Shown: piece after piece, positions 56,506 through 63,990 of the stretch
Layout: every line of letters begins with the position of its first letter
Numbering within the stretch: position 1 is the first letter of the stretch
Source of the DNA: Albugo candida
Lineage: Eukaryota
Reading direction: 5' to 3'
Length of the DNA stretch: 63,990 nt
Assembly (NCBI GenBank): GCA_040437565.1
Contig: JBDOQK010000048.1
Location: 186,001 to 249,990 of the forward strand
Made by a program: the position numbers and the translations under genes
The notes under the pieces: generated by a model
What the model was told of the DNA's origin: nothing
The model's input: the letters and a program-made list of their open reading frames with translations, nothing else
The model's database searches: none

Positions 56506-57733
56506 ATGACTCAAATTGACAAGCGCCATGCAGATGGTGAAGCTCTGACGGAAGATGTAGTTATACATGAAAACCGATGCATAACAGAGTCGTCAGAGAA
56601 GCGCTTAACTAAACGTTGTCGATTCTCTGATATCGTTCCTGTCGACTCGCGAGCGGTGACAATCAAATCCGCAACCGATCGAACATCCAAGTTACTAGCC
56701 CCAACAATGCTTTTATCCGGTCACGATGCAGCAGTGTACTCAGTAAAGATAGATCCGTCAGGAATGCACGTCGCGTCGGCCTCTTTTGATCAACGAATTC
56801 GTAATTTATTCATTAGTTTTATTTCTATTTGATTTCTAAGTCACGTTTGTTCAAGTGCTTTGGAACGTACACGGGGATTGTTGTAATTATGGCGTGTTAC
56901 TTGGGCATAAGAACGCAGTCTTAGAGGCTGACTGGAGCTACGACAGCAGCAAGATCACATCGGCTTCAGCGGACAAAACGGTTGCTTTGTGGGATGTCGA
57001 GGTTTGCCAGCTTCACATACACTTGAGTTCAAAACTTTGATTTTGTTCAACTTAGACGCAACAAAGGATTAAGCGATGGAAAGATCATAAAAAAGTGGTA
57101 AACAGCTGCTCATTAGTTCCAAAAGGCCCAACTCTCATTGTGAGTGGGAGCGATGATGGGACAACCAAGTTGTGGGATGCGAGACTTAAAAAACGAGCGG
57201 TCAAGACGTATGACTCTTCCTTTCAAGTTACTGCGGTATGCTTTGGGAAAGACTCTGGTCAGATCATATCGGGTGGATTGGACGGGCTGGTTCGCTGCTG
57301 GGATGTCCGCAAAGACGCGGTTTCGATGATACTCAGAGGCCATCAGGACATTATTACTGGGCTATCCTTGAGTCCTGACGGCAATCACTTGTTGACAAAT
57401 GCTATGGACTCTACGCTATACAGATGGGATCTACGGCCATATTTACCAGCAGATCAAACGTCACGATGTACAATGCACTTTGGTGGAGCAAAACACGGAT
57501 TCGAACGCAATCTTATCCGCTGTGCATGGTCACATGACACTCGCTATGTTGCATCTGGTTCAGCTGATCGGAATGTTTATATATGGGACGCTGAGAGCGG
57601 TAATTTACGATATCAGCTTCCAGGCCATACAGGAAGTGTGAACGCTGTTTCCTTTCATCCGGAAGAACCTATTATCGCTTCCTGTGGAAGCGACAAAGAA
57701 ATATTTTTGGGTGAATTGAGCGGCTTTGAATAG
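56506..57733 (+). CDS. SNRNP40: U5 snRNP 40-kDa WD40 protein (372 aa, three exons)
   Basis: Introns 56801-56855 and 57002-57055. RTSKLLAPTMLLSGH, LWNVHGDCCNYGVLLGHKNAVL, NAMDST..RWDLRPY, HGFERNLIRCAWS, YQLPGHTGSVN..FHPEEPII..SDKEIFLGEL. Confidence 0.95.
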
Positions 57734-57782
57734 AGGATGCTCGCAAATTATTGGAGCCCCTATGAATAGCTGTATTCTTTAT

Positions 57783-60700
57783 CTAGTTTACGATGCGAGG
57801 GCTGTCTGCTTCTATGCTATTTTCACGGCCCTCTGGAAGTGGAGAATTGCAAACACTTTGAATTCCCGGAATTTTTTCAAGCGCAAGTATGATCACTTTG
57901 AGTAATGACGCGCTACTGAGAAGCACTGTTTCGAGCTCAGCGCCAGATGAGCTCACTGTTCGGTGTGTGGTGCGATCTTCAATGAGAAAGTCGAACACTT
58001 GGGTGCCTTCATCTTCCATCTGTAGTCCGTACCGTTTAATCTCAAAAAAGCCACTACTGCTTTCTGAGATGACGTTGCAAATGTCTTTCAACAAGTCATG
58101 GTTCGGCAGGGCAAAGCGCCGAATCACATCATGACTCGCTCCATCAACATTGTGTTCATGTCGTATCGGGTCTTTTGCTTTGACTTGAAGCAGAAACATC
58201 AGCGACATATCGCGCTTTGTTGTAGCTCTATCGTCTGTCTCGAACGACCCAGGATTACTTTTTACAGCTCTCGAGCATTCCAGTTGAAGTGGTGCTAACG
58301 AGTTGAGCTGTTGATTGTTACCACTACTGACACGGATCGAGCGATACAAAGGGGACGCGATACTCTGGTACACGAGACTTTGTTCGTACAATTCTTCACA
58401 CCATTCAACCAGAGCATTTGCACCTGGACGATCCATTGGATTTTCTGACAGCAGTCGCTGCAGTACACTGATTAATTCCGGGCAGCGTTTGTACCATACA
58501 AATTCGGACGGGAATATGGATTCACGAGCTTTACGAAGCGTAGTAACTCGTTCCATAGTCGTCACAAACGGAGGATGACAAAGCTCGAATAAGATCATTC
58601 CCAAAGAGTACATGTCCGTCTTGGCGTTGTATCGCTTCCCTGCAACTTGTTCCGGACTCGCGTACATATACGTCCCCACGCCAGCGGTAATTTCGAGACT
58701 TTCATTGTTGTTTGTCAACGAGAATTCCTGCCACACAGAAGAGGACCGTCTCTCACCTGTTGATGCTTCCATGTTAGCGGAACTTTCGTCACCCGCACAC
58801 CCCGAAGGTTGCAAATTCACATTAGTTGCATATCGGGAGAGGCCGAAATCCCCCAATTTGATCGCACCACCTTCGAGATCCGCGACGAATATGTTTGCCG
58901 GTTTCAGATCACGATGAATCAACCCGCATGAATGTACATGTGCCAACGCGCTCGAAATCTGTAGAAAAATCTTCAGCAGCTTGGACAGGTCCATGGACCT
59001 TGTGCTGATTGCCAGATAGTCTGACAAAGTTTTCCCAGCGCAATATTGCATTTGGATGTAAAGCCAGTGATCGCATCGATCATAATTTGTAGAATCGGTA
59101 TGGTCGACGATATCGCTTCGAAGCCTTGAATTCGGGACCAAAAGATCTTCTTCTTTCCATCCATCTTCCTCCTCACTTCCACGTTCCCACTCAAATCCAT
59201 CATCAGCAAACTCCGACATGCTAGTGTTGTACGCCAGCTCCTTGCGTGAGATATCCGTGATGTCCAGCACTTCCTCTGTGCGATCCAAAAGATTTTGAGA
59301 TGATCGTTCCGAGCTGGAGATGTCCAAATCGAGAGATTGCTCTCGAGTTGTTTTCTTATGGTCGGTGTAAAAGACAGACGTTTCGGCGCTATGATTTTCC
59401 ACTCTTTCTAACCAAGCTTGGTAATACCGAACGATGTGAGGATGATCCAATAGCGCCAGGATTTTGACTTCCCGCAGAAACTTTTGAAGTGTTTTTGATG
59501 TCTGGTTCTTTAGATAAAGACCAACACGTTTGATCGCGTACTTGCGTCCATCTAGGCGATTTTCAGCGAGCACGACTTGCCCGAATCCTCCTTCTCCTAT
59601 CAAGGAGATTTTCACAAATTCATTCGCGAAACGACTCTGGCAAACAACTGGAAACAAAACTTGTGTCTCATCATTTGTAGGGATTTGCGGGTCATCATTT
59701 TTCGATTCGATGCTGACGGTCGAAGATACTTCGTCGTTTGATGATTCAGTGGCATTAGATTTCGAGACGGAATCGAGCTGCCGGCTGTCCTCTTCATCTT
59801 TAAGCACCAAGATCTTTTCTTCAAGAGCAATATCCTCTTCAGCCCGCATCTCACCGTCTTGTGCATCTTCACATATAAGAATCCCGTCGGTCAAAGAATG
59901 CTCAGCTGCGACGACTGAATTTGTGGCATCGAATTCATCGAAATAAATAAATGCCGCGTTCTGCACAGAAGTCTCTTCTGACTCTATGACTCTCTCACAG
60001 TATGCGTTCTCAACACAAGTTTTGCTTTCGCTTCCATCGACAATCGACTCATTTGACGCCATCGGTAAAGCAGGGTAGCTTTTACTTATTTGACGGGATG
60101 GTCCCTCGAGCTGTAGAACTGACACACTTTTTGAGTTTACGAGTTCTGTTTCTGCAAGTAATTTGCCTGCGACAATTGTGGCCGCTTCCGTTGCCATAAC
60201 CTGAGTGAATCTCTTCATCAGTATTAGCTCAGCCTCCTCATCGACATCGTCCAGAACCGATCGACTATTTGACCCATCCCAACTGCAATCACCTCCCCTA
60301 CCGGCGTCAAATCCACGAGACTCCTTGAGTGATAAAGATAGGAAAGACTGGTGAGGCTCAACCTCAACGGTCTCATTGGCGTCAAAGATATTAGAATGAG
60401 CCAGTGACGCACTCATAAATAATTGGCGACTGACCAGGCTTGAGATTGTGATGGGCTCGACACCTGGACGCTCGATCGTAAGTTGATGCACATGACGACG
60501 TACCAATGAGTTACTTTTTTCCAGTGCTGTTGCGATACGACTTCGAGTAAATGAAGATGATAAGCCTCGTGCATAGCAGCTCCATGCGATGAGCCCCCAG
60601 CAAAAAGATGTACCAAAAAGTATCGCTACCACATTGAAGAATGTGATAAAAAAGCCGTCATCGCCGTGATCTGTCATCCTGAATGCAAATGCGATTTCAT

Positions 60701-62093
60701 TCAAGTTCTTGCGCGATCTCGGTAATTCCGGAGATATTGGAGGGATTGGTCGTGGTCTCCATTGTTTTGTGACGATGTTCCGATCCACAGAACCAGAGTG
60801 ATCAGCAATGAGGCGCACACGCGAAGCTTTGTGATGGCCGAGAAAATAATCTTTACTTTTGTCGTAGCCATCAGACTGTGCACCTAGTGCTTCTCCACCA
60901 AAATGACCATTTATCCACCCTGTGGTCTTTGAGTCAAGAAGTGGAAAGGTACGCCGAGTGGATGTAATTCCACCCAGTCCAGGCGGACTAAGGCTGGCAC
61001 TAGATGACGATTTTGCTGACAGTGTCGATGGCCCATCAACTTGCCAGTGAAAAAAAGTCTCTCCACGATTTGTATTGACACCAAAGACAGCAACAACATC
61101 GACATCGGTCATCTCGTGCTCCCAAAGCAACTTTTTGGTTTGTGGGTGATATGCTGCAACGATGGAGGCTTCTTTTTCCAGATCATTTTCTCCCTTTGGT
61201 AAAACAAGAATGACGGGAGTGTTCTCTGCCAGCCTTCGTTTACTCTTGTTTGAAAACGGTGGCTCCTGCATATATTCAGGTGTGCACGTTGGGACCTTAC
61301 TCAGATGAAGAAAGTACTCGGATATTTTAAAGCACTTCGAAGCCGATCGATTCCTTCCATCGATAGCTCGTGTTGAATACTCCGATCGGCCAAATATAAA
61401 TGTAGCTCCTTCGTCGCTGCATGATCCTGTAAACGGCTCTATCACACCTTTCTCTACGTCTAATCCAAAAATCTTGGTGTGCTTTTCCCCCGTAAGATAA
61501 ATATCGAACCACTTTGGTCTCGGACATGTACCTGAGTCTTTGGTATCCATATCGGGAACAATTTGTACAGGTCCGTTAGCATTGATAATGTCTACGATCG
61601 ACATCTCTACTCGCTCCAGACCATTTTGTGTGAGATGGTACAGGTATCCGTCATACGAAGGCATCAGACCGGCCACAAGACTGGGGGTTGTCGCATCGGA
61701 CTTTACTATCACCTCTTTGCTGGCGACATTATGACGTTTTGTTTCAGTACCTTTGCACTGACGTTCGGCCTGATGAATGGGAGGAAAACAGCGCGAGCTT
61801 TCGATCATAGAGCCACCAGAATCAAAACTCCATGCAAAGTCACCTGTCCATGCATTTACACCATACACAAGTCCATCAATACCTCCAATTATTAATAAGG
61901 CATCGTTGCTCGGTCCGGTTGTTGCGATGGTATCCGGTGCGGAATAAACTGTATAAACTAATGAATTGATGCCGAATAATAGAGTGTGATATGGAGCCAT
62001 TCGCATTGTGTGACCAATTTGGCTCCAAAAGCGGAGCGTGATCGCAATGAAATATGCGATTGTGAAAACGGCGTGATGAGTAATCACATTCAT
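57783..62093 (-). CDS. PERK-like transmembrane eIF2-alpha kinase with an IRE1/PERK-type luminal domain and a C-terminal ACT-like domain (start may be ATG 62006)
   Basis: Signal-like N-terminus. Luminal LLIIGGIDGLVYGVNAWTGDFAWSFDSGG...LMPSYDGYLY. TM at about 60571-60654. eIF2AK kinase SRFANEF..IGEGGFGQV..NRLDGRKYAIKRV, LREVKILALLDHPHIVRYYQAW, long insert, LYIQMQYC, HRDLKPANIF, KLGDFGL, GVGTYMYASPEQ. Confidence 0.92.
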   Translation of the reverse strand: MNVITHHAVFTIAYFIAITLRFWSQIGHTMRMAPYHTLLFGINSLVYTVYSAPDTIATTGPSNDALLIIGGIDGLVYGVNAWTGDFAWSFDSGGSMIESSRCFPPIHQAERQCKGTETKRHNVASKEVIVKSDATTPSLVAGLMPSYDGYLYHLTQNGLERVEMSIVDIINANGPVQIVPDMDTKDSGTCPRPKWFDIYLTGEKHTKIFGLDVEKGVIEPFTGSCSDEGATFIFGRSEYSTRAIDGRNRSASKCFKISEYFLHLSKVPTCTPEYMQEPPFSNKSKRRLAENTPVILVLPKGENDLEKEASIVAAYHPQTKKLLWEHEMTDVDVVAVFGVNTNRGETFFHWQVDGPSTLSAKSSSSASLSPPGLGGITSTRRTFPLLDSKTTGWINGHFGGEALGAQSDGYDKSKDYFLGHHKASRVRLIADHSGSVDRNIVTKQWRPRPIPPISPELPRSRKNLNEIAFAFRMTDHGDDGFFITFFNVVAILFGTSFCWGLIAWSCYARGLSSSFTRSRIATALEKSNSLVRRHVHQLTIERPGVEPITISSLVSRQLFMSASLAHSNIFDANETVEVEPHQSFLSLSLKESRGFDAGRGGDCSWDGSNSRSVLDDVDEEAELILMKRFTQVMATEAATIVAGKLLAETELVNSKSVSVLQLEGPSRQISKSYPALPMASNESIVDGSESKTCVENAYCERVIESEETSVQNAAFIYFDEFDATNSVVAAEHSLTDGILICEDAQDGEMRAEEDIALEEKILVLKDEEDSRQLDSVSKSNATESSNDEVSSTVSIESKNDDPQIPTNDETQVLFPVVCQSRFANEFVKISLIGEGGFGQVVLAENRLDGRKYAIKRVGLYLKNQTSKTLQKFLREVKILALLDHPHIVRYYQAWLERVENHSAETSVFYTDHKKTTREQSLDLDISSSERSSQNLLDRTEEVLDITDISRKELAYNTSMSEFADDGFEWERGSEEEDGWKEEDLLVPNSRLRSDIVDHTDSTNYDRCDHWLYIQMQYCAGKTLSDYLAISTRSMDLSKLLKIFLQISSALAHVHSCGLIHRDLKPANIFVADLEGGAIKLGDFGLSRYATNVNLQPSGCAGDESSANMEASTGERRSSSVWQEFSLTNNNESLEITAGVGTYMYASPEQVAGKRYNAKTDMYSLGMILFELCHPPFVTTMERVTTLRKARESIFPSEFVWYKRCPELISVLQRLLSENPMDRPGANALVEWCEELYEQSLVYQSIASPLYRSIRVSSGNNQQLNSLAPLQLECSRAVKSNPGSFETDDRATTKRDMSLMFLLQVKAKDPIRHEHNVDGASHDVIRRFALPNHDLLKDICNVISESSSGFFEIKRYGLQMEDEGTQVFDFLIEDRTTHRTVSSSGAELETVLLSSASLLKVIILALEKIPGIQSVCNSPLPEGRENSIEADSPRIVN

Positions 62094-63990
62094 GACCCTG
62101 TCAGTGCTCGCACACTATCAAACCATAAAACGCGACAAAATCGATGCTTGTAGGAGAATGATTACAAAGCGAACAATAATTTAAGATATACGCAAAGGCT
62201 TTTGAGAGGTGTTATTTCAGCTTTGTCGCCACGTTAGGAATGCTCAATTACTGACCGCTTTCTTCTTTTCAAAATGTCAGAATTTCACGTTATAACGTTT
62301 CTACTTTCGTTAAAGGAACTGAAGAAGCAACTGATAGGGAAAAGGTCTAGATGCTATAACGAATTGGTGTTTCAATCGTCGTCCTTATACAAAGAATAAA
62401 ATACATGATCTCTCCTGCTTTTGTTAGCGGCTCGCTCGAGAATATGTCAGACACCAACTACGGCGTTGTTAAGATACAAACATGTTGAACTTGGCTATAG
62501 ACAGCTATGAATGTGGGTTGAATTGCGAAATTGCGAGTAAAAAATACTAAACGCGGTATTCAAATGGCCATTAAATGCCAAAGGCAAAAGTGAGCTGAAG
62601 TTTAAGACCCTGTAAAGAACTTAAAGAAGTGAAAGCAAAAATCTTCGATGCAGCACTTACGATTTAAAGACGAGACAGACTTTAGTTTTAAAGAAGAGCT
62701 AGGAAAGAAATTGTGACGCTGTGATATATGAGTAGAGCATGAACCATCATGTAATGATTTCTACCTTAAGGTCTACAAGGACACCTCGTTAGCGGACTAA
62801 TCAAATGTTCTTACTGCGTAGAACAAGTGCAAGATGAGAAAAGCGGTTTATGCGCATGTCCTTGATGTGAGAGACCATCCGGCAACGAGAAGCGGTAGTA
62901 GCGCGCGCCTAGCCGCCAGCGGAATATAGGATATCCTCATTTGGCGTTGTCAACCAAGCTGAGATACTTGCCGATGAAGGTCGTCATCTGAGTCAACACG
63001 ATATCCTGCAACCTTCCAGTGCTCTTCTTCCTCATCTGGCCTCTTCACATCATTGGCAGCACAAATTTAAAACACACGTCACCCTCGGTTGCCTTCATGT
63101 CCACGGACATGATAACCGAGCTCATCGTGATGCCGTACAATGCAAAAAGTGTTTTTTTACAGTGATGGCTTGCACATTAGCGAACTGAGTGTCCAGGAAA
63201 ATGCAAATATAATTGATATTTTAGAGGCTTGCTCGTCATTGACTGCGATAAAGTCAAAAGACACCATCGACGTGGCTTCCTCCACGTGGATGGACGTGTT
63301 TATGTAAAGGACACATAATCTCTTCACTCAAGTATGACTCTATGGGCGTTCGTATGGAAAGTTTTTTATGCACTTGTCGTCGGATAAAAGCTGCATTATC
63401 GGGAAGCTGATCACGTGGCTGAGCTTGTCCTTCTTTCTCTTTCCTGGTGCCAACTAATTTCACCATTCCTTACCATTGGCCTCTGAAATTGGAGATTTAC
63501 AAACTTGTTGTACTCGACGAATTTATTTAGATAAACAAGTCGAAGTCAACGTGCTCAATCTTGTTCGTATCTGTATCCTTCATACCCTTAACTCCTACCC
63601 TTCGATGATTGTATCACTGACACTGTAGACAATAAGAGACTTATACAAGCAGGATTTACAGCCAGATAGGTCTTTCATTAGGATCGTATTGACCAGAGCT
63701 CTCCAGCTACATTTTTTGATCTCTCGCAACGGGTGTAAGTCGGATATGCACCTGGTTGTGCAGGACTTTCGGAAGAAATGGGTAATAGTTTGACGCAAAA
63801 CTCAGAAAGGCCCGCTGCCAACAGAAATGCAGAATTTGCAAATCTCGTTAGACTATCTTCAAAATGGATATACTATAAATCACACTTCCTGTGGGACAAC
63901 GCTTTAAACAATAATAGTATGTACGAATCAATCCACACAATACGGTAGCATTCTGTACTAATGATCACTCAATAAAATTCTGGTTCTGGT

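Noticed and set aside
62100-63990. Coding-like fragments at the window end
   Set aside because: Only short stop-interrupted ORFs with no recognisable motif.
1-63990. CRISPR arrays, rRNA/tRNA genes, prokaryotic operons or defence systems
   Set aside because: None seen; spliceosomal introns and gene content show a eukaryotic nuclear sequence.

Overview
Eukaryotic, gene-dense oomycete-like genomic scaffold. Short (45-71 nt) spliceosomal introns, very short intergenic distances and the gene content suggest an Albugo-like white-rust genome; this is inference. There are about 24 protein-coding genes and no recognisable rRNA, tRNA, CRISPR array or intact transposon. Twelve 100-N scaffold gaps are present; nine have duplicated flanks, which creates false tandem ORFs in the ORF track. 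Housekeeping genes: eIF1A, ALAD, 6-phosphogluconolactonase, SNRNP40, GINS Psf1, CLPTM1, L-type lectin, a LETM1-like protein, an SCP/NIF phosphatase and a HAD hydrolase. Hand-splicing reveals several unusual proteins: (1) a single 2,849-aa four-repeat 6TM+CNBD channel (CNGK-like) with four different, non-GYG selectivity filters; (2) a PERK-like transmembrane eIF2-alpha kinase with a C-terminal ACT-like domain; (3) a kinesin-14-derived pseudomotor (Vik1/Cik1-like); (4) a PH-B56 PP2A subunit fusion; (5) a PXA-RUN-DysF-FYVE-PX-NexinC sorting nexin; (6) two PDZ paralogs sharing an unnamed motif; (7) two paralogous Cys-rich secreted proteins, one missing from the ORF track; (8) a five-exon protein with repeated [YF][DN]x[IV] motifs. 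All family calls come from motifs read by eye; no searches were run.
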